DNA of 64,000 nt from a virus (IMGVR_UViG_3300009682_000003:8724-72723); one strand, 5' to 3'; positions 53,318 to 62,795 are shown, counted from the stretch's first letter. Notes: generated from the sequence alone by a model not told the origin. Translations and numbers: made by a program.

Positions 53318-53922
53318 GCTCCACCTTCCTTCTCTTCGTCGTTGCGCATTGTAGCCTCGGCAATCGAAGTGATCGCGCACTGTACCAACGACGCCGCAAT
53401 GGCTCTGTCGCGAACGTTGGCAAGCTCCCTGGCTTCGGACTCGTAGCGCTCACGCCAAGCGGCGAACTTGCGGAGCAACGCGAGCGCGGCTTGGAGCTGT
53501 GCGGTGCGGGCAAGCTCCTCAAGCTCGATGCACCCATCGTCGTGACGCCCCTTGCGCCACCTGCCAAAGGGCTGATCGGTCATTTGGTGGCAGTCCCCTG
53601 GGCTCCACAAAACGAGCCTTCCGGTCCACGCCTGGAGCACTCCGTCCCAGTCCATGATCGGCATGAAATACGGTGCCTCTCCCGAGCCAAAGTGTTCGTC
53701 GAACGTCACGCCGTCAGGCAGTGGGAAACATGGCCCCCACCATGCGTCGTCGGAGGACTCCCAACCCGGTGGGATTTCTGGACACGTCGCGGGTCCGTAC
53801 CCCCCGCGTGTGACCCACCAAGAGCAACGAGCCCCGCAGGCAGGGCAAGGCCCACGCGGTGCAGACTTCTCGTATTCAGCAAGTATCTTGGCCTCGTAAA
53901 TCTCTTCCTCGCTTCGGTTCAC
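53314..53922 (-). CDS. Hypothetical protein with Zn ribbon
   Basis: CPACGARC; coupled to neighbours. Confidence 0.65.
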   Translation of the reverse strand: MNRSEEEIYEAKILAEYEKSAPRGPCPACGARCSWWVTRGGYGPATCPEIPPGWESSDDAWWGPCFPLPDGVTFDEHFGSGEAPYFMPIMDWDGVLQAWTGRLVLWSPGDCHQMTDQPFGRWRKGRHDDGCIELEELARTAQLQAALALLRKFAAWRERYESEARELANVRDRAIAASLVQCAITSIAEATMRNDEEKEGGA

Positions 53923-54248
53923 CTTTCACCTCCGTCTGCGTTCGGCTCGAACCTCGGATCGCCTCCCTCGGGCCATGCGTAGTCGAAAAGCGCAAGCTGC
54001 GCCTGGTCGAGCGTGTCGAAGGCCTGGTGCCCACCGCGCCAGCGCGGGAGCATCGACACGGGCATGCACTCGGGCCTGGGCGGTCGCAGCCATGCGTAGT
54101 ACAGCCCGTCGCGCAGCTCGACGCCGAACCGGGCGTACCAGACCTTGATCGACAGCACGGTGCGACCGTCGAACTCGTACCACTCCCACTTGCGCAGAAC
54201 CCACCTCGTGCGCCACTTCTCGCGGCGCTTGGCCTGGTCGGCTCCCAT
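53919..54248 (-). CDS. Trp-rich hypothetical protein
   Basis: AAGGAG SD; TGATG coupling. Confidence 0.6.
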   Translation of the reverse strand: MGADQAKRREKWRTRWVLRKWEWYEFDGRTVLSIKVWYARFGVELRDGLYYAWLRPPRPECMPVSMLPRWRGGHQAFDTLDQAQLALFDYAWPEGGDPRFEPNADGGER

Positions 54249-54832
54249 CACTCCTTCTCCGCTTCCAGGCGCTCCCAGCGCCCGCCACGGCCCGGCCCGA
54301 ACAGGAACCAGGCGTAGTCGCAGGCATCGGTGGCCTTCTTGCCGCGCTTGGCTGGGCAAATGAACGAGGGCCTGTTCGCGAACAGGAACAGGTCGGCCTT
54401 GTGCTCTGCCCAGAAGGCGCGTCGCTTCTTGGTCGCCCCGAACCCGATGCGGGCGAGGAACGCGACCGTGCCCCCCTCGTCCACCTCGATGAGCGCCCGC
54501 CTCGCCACTTGCTCGACCAGGCCGAACGGCGGGTTGGTGATGATGAGCCCGGCCTTCGGCCACGGCACGCGAAGGGCGTTGCCGTGCACGCAATCGAAGC
54601 CCCGCGCTCGGCACGCCTCGGCGCGCCTCTTCTGAATCTCGATCCCGAGCAGGTCGCTGGCCTGCCACGGGAACACGCCGCGCAGCTCGTGCAGGATGTT
54701 GCCCTTGCCGGCGCACGGGTCGAGCACGACGTCGTGGCACGGCAGCTCGTGGAGGATGGCGCGAACGCACCACCCCGCGGTGTCGTAGGCGTCGAAGCGG
54801 CGCCTCTTGGTTCCCCTGCCCGTGGCGCTCAT
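54248..54832 (-). CDS. Small DNA N6-adenine methyltransferase
   Basis: VLDPCAGKG, GIEI, IITNPPF. Confidence 0.85.
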   Translation of the reverse strand: MSATGRGTKRRRFDAYDTAGWCVRAILHELPCHDVVLDPCAGKGNILHELRGVFPWQASDLLGIEIQKRRAEACRARGFDCVHGNALRVPWPKAGLIITNPPFGLVEQVARRALIEVDEGGTVAFLARIGFGATKKRRAFWAEHKADLFLFANRPSFICPAKRGKKATDACDYAWFLFGPGRGGRWERLEAEKE

Positions 54833-54946
54833 TGTGCACCTCGCCGCGGGCGTGCTATGGTCTGGACTCGTCTGGTTCGCATGCTGCTTTCACCTCCGTG
54901 TGCGACTGAGGCCCCGGCACTTCCCCTTTGCCGGGGCTTCGGCTTT

Positions 54947-55624
54947 TCAGAGCCTGTCTTTGTTGGCTCGGAACGTTTGCAAGGCAACGGCAAGCGCCTC
55001 GACGGCGCTTTCCGGCACCCTCCCTTCCGCGATCATGGTTCGGACCTCTGCCTCGTGCAGGTAGGCTTTCACGAGCTTGCCGCGCCTCCCTCCCCGGCCC
55101 GTCAAGCGATACTGCTTGCCCGTCTCGCCGTCCCCCACGGGCTCGTCCTCGATGAGCCATCCAAGGCGCTTGAGCTCCAGCAAGCGTGCGCTGTACCTCA
55201 CGCCCGCCACCGCGTTCAGCTCGTGGAACGAATGCCACTGCTCGTCGCCCAGTAGGCGAAGCAACGCCTCGCGGGCGTTGCCCGCCTCCTCGGGCTCTGG
55301 AACCGCCACCGGGGCCGGCGTTGGTGCGTGCTGGCTGGCGAACAGCCCGAGCTGCTCGGATGTGGGCTCGGGCTTGGCCTGGGCGTGCAAGGGGCACAGG
55401 TCGTAGGTGTCCCGGTCAATCGAGCGAACGGCTGGCGGCTGCACAGCGCACCGCTCGCACAACGGAGCGCTACACGTCTTGCCCCTCTTGCCCATTGGGT
55501 AGTCGCACCAGCGCGTGGCCCAGCGCTTTCCGCACGCCGAGCACCGCTCTGGCTTCTGCTTCCGGCCTCGGAAGCAGACGGTTGCCACGGTGCCATCCGG
55601 CATGCGGAAGCGCTCGCAGGTCAT
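54947..55624 (-). CDS. Zn-finger + HTH protein
   Basis: CSACG...CD...CSAPLCERC; later ELNAVAGVRYSARLLELKRLGWLI. Confidence 0.7.
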   Translation of the reverse strand: MTCERFRMPDGTVATVCFRGRKQKPERCSACGKRWATRWCDYPMGKRGKTCSAPLCERCAVQPPAVRSIDRDTYDLCPLHAQAKPEPTSEQLGLFASQHAPTPAPVAVPEPEEAGNAREALLRLLGDEQWHSFHELNAVAGVRYSARLLELKRLGWLIEDEPVGDGETGKQYRLTGRGGRRGKLVKAYLHEAEVRTMIAEGRVPESAVEALAVALQTFRANKDRL

Positions 55625-56097
55625 TGCCGCCTCGCCCAGATCGGCGGGTAGCCTCGCACCCGCAGGTGGCCACGGTAAACGGCCTGCTGGTGGGCCTTGC
55701 AGGCGAAGAACCGTTCGTCGAACGGCTCGCGCGAGCACCGCGAGCAGGTGCACTCCAGCGCGCAAGGCTCGCTGCACTCCAAGGCTCGGCCTTGATCGTC
55801 GCACACCGAGCACTTGGGAGCGTGCGGGTCAGGCTCGACCTCGCGCGCCGTGTAGGACGGCACCGACTCGCCGCTCAGGCGGAACCTGAGCACCGTCCCC
55901 TCCTCGTCCTTCACGCACACGGTGACGTCGGTTCCGCCGACGATCCTGTACTCCGCGCTCTGGTAGTCGTCGCGCTCTGCCCAGGTTTCAGCGGCAGTCT
56001 CGGCGTCGTAGGCCTCGATGGTGCGCGCGTCGTTCTCCGTCTCCTCGTCGTCGAGACACCACACGACGTAGCGCTTCGCAGGCGCGCCGAGCTTCAC
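55621..56097 (-). CDS. Cys-rich hypothetical protein
   Basis: Several CxxC motifs; coupled. Confidence 0.65.
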   Translation of the reverse strand: MKLGAPAKRYVVWCLDDEETENDARTIEAYDAETAAETWAERDDYQSAEYRIVGGTDVTVCVKDEEGTVLRFRLSGESVPSYTAREVEPDPHAPKCSVCDDQGRALECSEPCALECTCSRCSREPFDERFFACKAHQQAVYRGHLRVRGYPPIWARRQ

Positions 56098-56381
56098 CCC
56101 GCACCCCCGCAGCCCCCTGGAGGCAAGGGCACGACGTTGTCGTTGGGCTCGTCGTGAAACAGCTCTGGGTAGCGAAACGACATTTGGTGGAGCATTTCGT
56201 CTGCCACGAGGGCGGCAGCGTGGACGGCCTCCACTGTCCAGGCCTTCAGCTTGATCTCCGCGACTTGGTCGGGTGGGTCGGAGCGGTCGCGTTCGTACTG
56301 CACCACCAAGCCGTGCATGGCAGCCGCCGCGAAGCTCGCCCACATGGCCGCGTCCATCTCGGTAGAGAATTGCTCGCTCAT
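56094..56381 (-). CDS. Hypothetical protein
   Basis: FAAAAMHGLV...ADEML motif common in phage small proteins. Confidence 0.7.
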   Translation of the reverse strand: MSEQFSTEMDAAMWASFAAAAMHGLVVQYERDRSDPPDQVAEIKLKAWTVEAVHAAALVADEMLHQMSFRYPELFHDEPNDNVVPLPPGGCGGAG

Positions 56382-56806
56382 TGCCCCACCCTTTCCTTCA
56401 TTGCGGTGACGAACGTGTCCATCGCCTCGTCCACCTTGTCGTCCGTTACCTCCAGCAGATCGCGCGCCCAGCCCTTTGTCGCCCAGGCTTCCTTGCGCGC
56501 GAACGCCAGGTCGCGATGCGCCGCCAAGTACATGCCGAAGGCCTCGCACCAGTCCTCGGTTGCCCGGCCAAGCGCCATGAGCCGGTCGTCGAGGTTGCGC
56601 TCGGCCATGACTTCGAGCCCCGCGACGATTGCGTCGCCCAGGCGCACGGTTTCGCGCTCCCCTCGCTCGAGCTCCCTGTCGCTGACGTTGCCGGATTCGG
56701 CGCGAAGCAAGCGCCGAAGCTCGACCATGGCGCGGAACCCGCGCTGCATGGTCTGCATGAGTACGATGGCCCCGAGGGCCGCTGCGCCGACGTTCTCCAT
56801 GTTCAT
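56378..56806 (-). CDS. Hypothetical helical protein, first gene of the leftward operon
   Basis: AAGGGG SD. Confidence 0.65.
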   Translation of the reverse strand: MNMENVGAAALGAIVLMQTMQRGFRAMVELRRLLRAESGNVSDRELERGERETVRLGDAIVAGLEVMAERNLDDRLMALGRATEDWCEAFGMYLAAHRDLAFARKEAWATKGWARDLLEVTDDKVDEAMDTFVTAMKERVGQ

Positions 56807-56990
56807 CCCCTTGGTGACAAGCGCGACTGTCGCGCGTCGTGTTGGGCTACCACGGGCTGCACAGCAGCGCAATACAGACCAGTGGTCCTGACGTCGGGTG
56901 CAAACCGTTGGCCATTGTCGCGGGGTGGTGTCTGTGTGGCACCCCGTCGTCGCAACCTTGCGGCACGCAACGCGACACGACGCGGCGGAT

Positions 56991-57006
56991 TGTAGCGTAC
57001 GAAACA
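56991..57006 (+). repeat. 16-bp near-palindrome copy E (TGTAGCGTACGAAACA), intergenic
   Basis: Two mismatches to TGTATCGTACGATACA; followed by CGG like copies B and F. Confidence 0.7.
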
Positions 57007-57029
57007 CGGCTGCCGTCCGCGACGTAGCT

Positions 57030-57055
57030 TGTCCGATCAGTTACGTTATCGGACA
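57030..57055. promoter_or_regulatory. Operator-like inverted repeat
   Basis: TGTCCGAT-N10-ATCGGACA in the divergent intergenic region. Confidence 0.55.
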
Positions 57056-57077
57056 CGCTGACAATGTAGCTTGCCGG

Positions 57078-57106
57078 TTGTCACGAGCCTGCCGGCGTGT
57101 TACGCC
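57078..57106 (+). promoter_or_regulatory. Candidate rightward promoter
   Basis: TTGTCA-N17-TACGCC-N7-ATG(57114); the -10 is imperfect. Confidence 0.45.
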
Positions 57107-57113
57107 AGGCTGC

Positions 57114-57395
57114 ATGGTGGAGCAACGAGACGACTGCGGCATGCTGGCGGGGGACAAGGTCGTTTGGTCGCATGTGCCGCGTGGCGGGTACGGCTACGTG
57201 GTGCCGGTGATGGCAACGTTCGTCCGGCGCACGTCAATCGAACGCGCAACAATCCGCGTGAGCAAGCGGGACGGCACTGTCGTGTGTCGCTCGGTGTTGC
57301 TGAGCAACCTGCACAAGCCGAAGCGCAAGGGTGGCGGCGTGCTTGGTTACGAGTGGGCAGAACTGGGCATCACGCGCGACGGGCGCATTGCCTGA
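57114..57395 (+). CDS. Hypothetical protein
   Basis: GDKVVWSHVPRGGYGY motif. Confidence 0.6.
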   Translation: MVEQRDDCGMLAGDKVVWSHVPRGGYGYVVPVMATFVRRTSIERATIRVSKRDGTVVCRSVLLSNLHKPKRKGGGVLGYEWAELGITRDGRIA

Positions 57396-57416
57396 GCGCT
57401 AACAAGCGGAGGGAGC

Positions 57417-57617
57417 ATGGGACGCACACGCAAGGTCGACGCGCACACCGAACGGCTGATCGCTGTGAAGGCGTGCGTGGACCCAAGGACCGTCAGGCGA
57501 TTCCTGGCCGGCAAGACCATGCGGTCGACGACCGCCGCCGTCGTCCGAACCGCGCTGGTCGACCTGGGCATGGCCCACCTTCTGATCCACGCCGAGCAAG
57601 GGGGGGGCGATGGCTGA
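57417..57617 (+). CDS. Small HTH regulator (Cro/LacI-like)
   Basis: LIAVKACVDPRTVRRFLAG; GGAGGGAG SD. Confidence 0.75.
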   Translation: MGRTRKVDAHTERLIAVKACVDPRTVRRFLAGKTMRSTTAAVVRTALVDLGMAHLLIHAEQGGGDG

Positions 57618-58116
57618 CAAGGACTACAGGCCGATCATTCGGGCGCTTCGCGCGCAGGGCTGGGGCTTGACGCAGAACGCGAACGGGCACTTTCGAGCCG
57701 TGCCCCCGGGGGGCGACGCGCAGATCGTGCACTTCTCGACGTCCTCCAACGACCACAGGGCTCTGCGCAACACGGTGCGCGACCTACGCGCAAACGGCTT
57801 CGTCTGGCCTCAGAAGGGGCGCCAGGACGAGGCAGAGGCTGAGCCCGAGGCCGTGAGCCCCGAGGCCGGCGAGCTGCCCGACAAGTCGCCTTGCGGCGAG
57901 GACCAGGCCGGCGACCTCGACGCCTTGTTCGCGTGCCTGAAGGCCGCGAAGGACGAGCACGCCTTGGCCGCGCTCGACGTCGAGGAAGCGCGCGAGCAGC
58001 TCGAAGAGGCCAAGCGGCGACTCAGCGAGGCCGAGGGCACGCACAAGCGAACCGCCCAGGCGTTGCAAGAGGCCAAGCGGCGATTCGACGCCGCCTTCGC
58101 GGTGGAGGCGGCGTGA
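57610..58116 (+). CDS. HicA-like (dsRBD-fold) N-domain plus coiled coil
   Basis: IRALRAQGW...NGHFRAV...STSSNDHRALRNTVRDLRANG. Confidence 0.65.
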   Translation: MADKDYRPIIRALRAQGWGLTQNANGHFRAVPPGGDAQIVHFSTSSNDHRALRNTVRDLRANGFVWPQKGRQDEAEAEPEAVSPEAGELPDKSPCGEDQAGDLDALFACLKAAKDEHALAALDVEEAREQLEEAKRRLSEAEGTHKRTAQALQEAKRRFDAAFAVEAA

Positions 58117-58418
58117 AGGGAACCGAACTGTGCGTCGTGTGCGCGGTCAGGCCGCGGGCCGGTCTGCTGCTTTGCGGCCCTTGCGGTCGGAGCTACGACC
58201 GCGCCCGCGACAAGGACGTCACCGTTGCGGCGGCTATCGTGTGGGCGGCGAAACGGTCGCGGCGCTTCGCCGTCGTCCGCAGGACGTGCGGAACCTGCGG
58301 GTACTGGGTGGACGCATCGCTTGCCGCGGAGCCCGGCGCCGGCTGGTGTGACAAGGCGGAAATGTGGACCGACCGAACCGAGGGTTGCCTCGAATGGACG
58401 AAGGGAGACGAGCCGTGA
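58113..58418 (+). CDS. Cys-rich small protein
   Basis: Three CxxC pairs. Confidence 0.6.
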   Translation: MKGTELCVVCAVRPRAGLLLCGPCGRSYDRARDKDVTVAAAIVWAAKRSRRFAVVRRTCGTCGYWVDASLAAEPGAGWCDKAEMWTDRTEGCLEWTKGDEP

Positions 58419-58723
58419 AAGCAAAGATCATGATCCTGGTGGCGGTGTTGCTTGCTTTGGTCGGGTGCGACCCGGACGACGTTGTGCTCGGGCCGCAGGA
58501 CCACTGCGAGGTCGGAGCCATGCGTTGCAACGGCAACGTGGTCGAGGCCTGCGGCAGCGACCAGCGGTGGGTCACCAGCATGGACTGCGACGAGGTTGCG
58601 GCCATGAGCGGCGGCGTCTGGTCGTGCGTTCCTGACGAAGACGCCGGGCCGTACTGCGCGCCCGAGTGCGACGAAGACGCTGGCGTGTACTGCGCAGAAC
58701 CGGAGGACGCGGGCAATGGTTAG
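58415..58723 (+). CDS. Cys-rich acidic lipoprotein
   Basis: Lipobox LVGC; CEVGAMRCNGNVVEACG...W...C repeat. Confidence 0.8.
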   Translation: MKAKIMILVAVLLALVGCDPDDVVLGPQDHCEVGAMRCNGNVVEACGSDQRWVTSMDCDEVAAMSGGVWSCVPDEDAGPYCAPECDEDAGVYCAEPEDAGNG

Positions 58724-59300
58724 CCTCACCAGGGAACAGGTCGTCGGGCTTTACGCCCACATGATGCAGGCCTTCCGAGCCGCGCTGATCAACAAGCGCA
58801 GCGCCGCAGAAATGGCGCTCGTCTCGGTCCTGCTCGGTCGGTTGGGCATCGTTGACCGCCAGGCCTTCATGCAGCGCTTCGCCACCACGGTGGGCCGGCG
58901 CATCTACGTGCCGTTCACCCCTGGCGTTGCGACCGCGGACTGGTCGCTGAACTCCCAGGCCGTCGTATGCGTCCACGAGTGCCACCACGTTCACCAGTGG
59001 GACCGCCTCGGGCCGGCTATGTTCACGTACCAGTACGTTGCCTCCAAGGCGCGGCGCACGTTGCTGGAGGTCGAGGCGTACCGCACCAGCATGGAGGTGC
59101 GCTGGAGGCTGGACGGTGTCATGCCCGACCCGGCACGGCTCGCCTCGTCGCTTCGCTCCTACGGCGTGAGCGAAGCAGACGTGATGGTGGCTGAGCGCAT
59201 GCTGCGAGCCTCGGTCCCGACCGTTCGCGCGGGCGGCATCACGAGCCCGGCGACGAAGGCCGCGGTGGACTGGCTCAAGTCGAAAGGGGTGCTCTCGTGA
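58716..59300 (+). CDS. Zincin-like metalloprotease
   Basis: VCVHECHHVHQW (HEXXH) and LEVEAY. Confidence 0.75.
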   Translation: MVSLTREQVVGLYAHMMQAFRAALINKRSAAEMALVSVLLGRLGIVDRQAFMQRFATTVGRRIYVPFTPGVATADWSLNSQAVVCVHECHHVHQWDRLGPAMFTYQYVASKARRTLLEVEAYRTSMEVRWRLDGVMPDPARLASSLRSYGVSEADVMVAERMLRASVPTVRAGGITSPATKAAVDWLKSKGVLS

Positions 59301-59716
59301 TCGGCATCGGCATCCCAGTGAAGCCGATCGAGGCGACCGTGACCGCCGCCAGCGCAGGCGAAGCGGTGCGGATCGTCGCTCGGGGCGTCAAGGACGAACC
59401 GCAAGGCGAGGCGACCTTGTACGTGGTGTTCGTCGGTGCGCAGCCTGTCGCGTGCATGATGCAGTCCTGGCAGGTCGTCCCGATCGGATCGATGCGCAAG
59501 GCCAGCGCAACGATCCTTGCGCAAAGCCCGAACGAGGCGATCCGCCGCTTCGCTGCCGACGTTCGGCTGGAAGACGCGGGGGAGGCTGAAGGGCGGCTGT
59601 TCAGCGTCGTGCTCGCGGCCCACCGCATCCCCTCGGAGCGGGAAATCGAGCAAGCCGGCGGCAGCTTCGAGAAGGCGATGAAGCAGATCATTGAAGAGGT
59701 GGGGAGGGGATCATGA
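59297..59716 (+). CDS. Hypothetical protein
   Basis: Coupled ORF. Confidence 0.65.
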   Translation: MIGIGIPVKPIEATVTAASAGEAVRIVARGVKDEPQGEATLYVVFVGAQPVACMMQSWQVVPIGSMRKASATILAQSPNEAIRRFAADVRLEDAGEAEGRLFSVVLAAHRIPSEREIEQAGGSFEKAMKQIIEEVGRGS

Positions 59717-60231
59717 CCGAGCACCAGTGGGGGTACGAGAAGTCGATTGCCGACGAGGTCGAAGCGCAGGATGGCGCCCACGCTGTCATGAGCGTTGCGC
59801 TTCGCCGGCACGCAGAGTTGTCCCACGAGGGCCTGGCGCACGCTGGACGCTATCAGGTTCGAGTGACCGTTCGGTGGATGAAAGAGCAGCACGAGGACGA
59901 GAGCGTGGGCGTCAAGCCCTTGCTCGATGCCTCGTGGTTCGAGCGGGTGGAGGCGGCGCTGCGCGCCGTCGTCGAGGCCTTCGAGGAGCAAACGCACCAG
60001 ACGCCGACCGAGCTGCTGTTGCACCCCGAGGTCTGCGCATTCGTCCGCCAGCGACTGGACACGGTTGAAGGCGTGCCGATCGAGCAGCGCGAGCGGTGGC
60101 TCTTTCACCCCGAGGCTGTCGTGGTCAACAGGTCGTGGGACGAAGGCAAGAGCGATCGGCTCATGGTGTACGAAGTTGACGCGCTCGCAGAGCTGGTCCG
60201 CGCCATGTGGCCGCAGGGGTACTCGCTGTGA
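59713..60231 (+). CDS. Hypothetical protein
   Basis: GGAGGGG SD. Confidence 0.7.
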   Translation: MTEHQWGYEKSIADEVEAQDGAHAVMSVALRRHAELSHEGLAHAGRYQVRVTVRWMKEQHEDESVGVKPLLDASWFERVEAALRAVVEAFEEQTHQTPTELLLHPEVCAFVRQRLDTVEGVPIEQRERWLFHPEAVVVNRSWDEGKSDRLMVYEVDALAELVRAMWPQGYSL

Positions 60232-60434
60232 GCACCGAGCGAGAGCGTGAGCTTGAGGCCGCGCTGCGCGACCTGGAGGAGCGCTTGGAGCGGGCGAGCC
60301 TCGCCTGGCTTGCGTTCGAGGGAGGACGGGACGCAAACGGCATGAGGCTGCTCCACGACGCTGTGTTCGTCGCACCGCCGACCGACTTCGTCGAGGTGCT
60401 CTGGAACCGGAGGGAACATGGCAAGTCAGCTTGA
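60228..60434 (+). CDS. Small hypothetical protein
   Basis: GTGA coupling. Confidence 0.6.
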   Translation: MSTERERELEAALRDLEERLERASLAWLAFEGGRDANGMRLLHDAVFVAPPTDFVEVLWNRREHGKSA

Positions 60435-60870
60435 TCTGTTTGGCGTCGCGGAGGCGAAGCCCGACCCGCCAGCGCATCGCGTGCAGCTCCCAGCCTGGGC
60501 GGCGCAGCGTGTGCTGTGCGGTGAGCCGCGCGAAAGCGTCGAGCGCGAGGTGCTCGCGCAGCTCAGCGAGTACAGGCGCAAGGCGCTCACGCACTACTTC
60601 GTCAACGTGAGCGACGGGCCGCTGCACTTCGACGTGCCCAACGCTCCGTACCAGTGCAACGCGGTGAGGCACGGGCACATTTGGCTCAGGCCCGAGCAGT
60701 GGGCCTCGCTCGACCAGCGCGTGCGCGAGGTGCTCGTGCCGTGCACCGAGGCGCGGCGCATGCTTCGCGTCGGAGATCTTCCGGCGACACGCATGCTCGT
60801 GGGATCGCTCGTATCGTCTGGCGTGCTCAGTAGCGACGAAGCCTCGATGCTTCGGGTGGAGGATCGATGA
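60418..60870 (+). CDS. Hypothetical protein
   Basis: GGAGGGA SD; MASQLDLFG. Confidence 0.7.
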   Translation: MASQLDLFGVAEAKPDPPAHRVQLPAWAAQRVLCGEPRESVEREVLAQLSEYRRKALTHYFVNVSDGPLHFDVPNAPYQCNAVRHGHIWLRPEQWASLDQRVREVLVPCTEARRMLRVGDLPATRMLVGSLVSSGVLSSDEASMLRVEDR

Positions 60871-61397
60871 TCAGGTTCAAGGTTGAGTTGTCGGAGCAGC
60901 GGTTCGCGCTCGCGGACCAGCACGCGCGATTGCGATGGCCCGGTGAAAGGCTGCCCATGCACCGGCTGATCGCGGAAGCGCTTGGGCGGCTCGTCGAGCC
61001 GCTGGGGCTCGACCCGAGCGCTATGTCGCTGTCGGTCACAACAGCGTCGCGTGTGCACGCTCGCGGCGAGCCTGTCGTTCTGGACGTGAAGCTGCGACTC
61101 GACGGCGACAACGAGCCGATCCTGCGTGGGTTGTTCAAGCGCGGCGTGCTGCCGGGCGTGTGCAAGGAAGCGGTGGAGCTTTTCTTCGACTTGGCCTTTC
61201 AAGAGGAAGGCGTGCAGCTCGTGCACTTCCGGGCCTACGTGCCGAACGAGGTGATCAGGGAGGCATCGAGCATCGGGCAGAGCGTGCGCCCGCCCTTCGA
61301 GGACGCGGTCGTCCGCACGCTGTGGACCGCAGCGCAGATCGGGCTCCCTCACATGGCGCCGCCGCCGGCAAGCGCCGACAAGAGGGAGCTGAACTGA
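60867..61397 (+). CDS. Hypothetical protein
   Basis: GGAGG SD; coupled. Confidence 0.7.
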   Translation: MIRFKVELSEQRFALADQHARLRWPGERLPMHRLIAEALGRLVEPLGLDPSAMSLSVTTASRVHARGEPVVLDVKLRLDGDNEPILRGLFKRGVLPGVCKEAVELFFDLAFQEEGVQLVHFRAYVPNEVIREASSIGQSVRPPFEDAVVRTLWTAAQIGLPHMAPPPASADKRELN

Positions 61398-61714
61398 TGG
61401 GTCTTGAACTCGAACAGGGGGAGGCAGTCATGGACGAAATCAAAGTGAGCGACGAGGTCAGCTTGCAACCGATTGGCCCGCCACTGCGGGCGCCGTGGTG
61501 GCTCAGGGCGGCTGTGGGCGAAGAGGTCGTCCCCGTCGTGGCGCTGCACCTTGCTGAAAGGTGCGAGGTCAACGAGGGAGGCAAGAAGTGCCGCATGGGC
61601 GTCGCGATGACGGGCTGGATCGTCTGGCAGGGCGAGATCGTCCTCGCGCACGACGTCGAGGGGTTCAAGGGGTTCGGCTACGCGCAAGGCGACGAGAAGG
61701 GAAGGGAGCCGTGA
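61397..61714 (+). CDS. Hypothetical protein
   Basis: TGATG coupling. Confidence 0.6.
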   Translation: MGLELEQGEAVMDEIKVSDEVSLQPIGPPLRAPWWLRAAVGEEVVPVVALHLAERCEVNEGGKKCRMGVAMTGWIVWQGEIVLAHDVEGFKGFGYAQGDEKGREP

Positions 61715-62280
61715 TGACGCGCGAGGGATGGGAGCGCGACGCGCTCGACGAGCCCGAGCCCGTCTGGGAGCACATGCTCCGCACCGCGGGCGGTGCCTAC
61801 GTGAACCCGCTGGAGCTCCAGCCGCAGGACGTAGCGATCGAGGACGTGGCGCGGGCGTTGAGTCACTTGTGCAGGTTCGGGGGGCACGTCCCGGTGTTCT
61901 ATTCGGTGGCTCAGCACAGCGTGATCGTGAGCTGCAACGTTGGGCCAGACAACGCACTGTGGGGCCTGCTGCATGACGGGGGCGAGGCGTACATGCTCGA
62001 CATGCCGCGCCCGATCAAGGTTCAGCCGGCGATGCGCGAGTACAGGGCCGCGGAGGCGCGGGCAATGCGCGCCGTGGCCCACGCTTTCGGCCTGGTCTTG
62101 CCGCAACCGCTGGAGGTCACGATCGCTGACCAGCGCGCGCTTGCGACTGAGGATCGAGACGTGCGCCGCTTGGCGCGGGTCGAGTGTACGGTCGCGCCCT
62201 TCGACGAGGTGATCAAGCCCATGCCTCCAGACGAGGCGATGAGGGTTTTTCTGCAACGGTTCGACGAACTGACGAGGTGA
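61714..62280 (+). CDS. HD-domain phosphohydrolase (5'-deoxynucleotidase-like)
   Basis: IEDVARALSHLCRFGGH, YSVAQHS, LLHDGGEAYMLDMPRPIK. Confidence 0.9.
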   Translation: MTREGWERDALDEPEPVWEHMLRTAGGAYVNPLELQPQDVAIEDVARALSHLCRFGGHVPVFYSVAQHSVIVSCNVGPDNALWGLLHDGGEAYMLDMPRPIKVQPAMREYRAAEARAMRAVAHAFGLVLPQPLEVTIADQRALATEDRDVRRLARVECTVAPFDEVIKPMPPDEAMRVFLQRFDELTR

Positions 62281-62283
62281 GGC

Positions 62284-62523
62284 ATGAGCAACGCGAGCAA
62301 CAACGTGAGCCTTCGCCTGGAGCCCGATGTGATCCAGGCGGTGGACGAAATGGTGGAAGCGCTGAGCCGCAAGTGGGGCTACGGCGCAAACGTCACGCGA
62401 GCAGGCGTGATCCGCATGGCGGTCGTGCGCGGCTTGCCCGAAATGAAACGGACCCTTCTCGGTGACGCCGCCGCGGCGCACAATGCAGAAGCCGCGCAGG
62501 CGGCGACGGAGGACCAGCCATGA
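62284..62523 (+). CDS. Ribbon-helix-helix (CopG/Arc-like) regulator
   Basis: VSLRLEPDVIQAVD...TRAGVIRMAV. Confidence 0.75.
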   Translation: MSNASNNVSLRLEPDVIQAVDEMVEALSRKWGYGANVTRAGVIRMAVVRGLPEMKRTLLGDAAAAHNAEAAQAATEDQP

Positions 62524-62795
62524 TGGGTATGGGCGACTTCGAGGTGGCGATCCGCAGCCTTGAAATGATCATCGAGGAGATCAACGCGGCGCCGCCGGGA
62601 ACGGCCCAGGCTGTCGTCGTCCAGCAGCTCTTGGCGAGCGGTCGCATGAGCAACGCGCTCGGTCTGCTCGCGGAAGCCGTGCGCAAAAGCCCGCTTCCCG
62701 CCGAGGCCGAAATGAAGATCCAGCGCGTGCTCGACGAGACGCGCCGTGCCGAGCAGCTCACAGCCGATCTTCCCCCCTACAAGGTCAACGGCTAG
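62520..62795 (+). CDS. Hypothetical protein
   Basis: GGAGG SD; coupled. Confidence 0.65.
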   Translation: MMGMGDFEVAIRSLEMIIEEINAAPPGTAQAVVVQQLLASGRMSNALGLLAEAVRKSPLPAEAEMKIQRVLDETRRAEQLTADLPPYKVNG

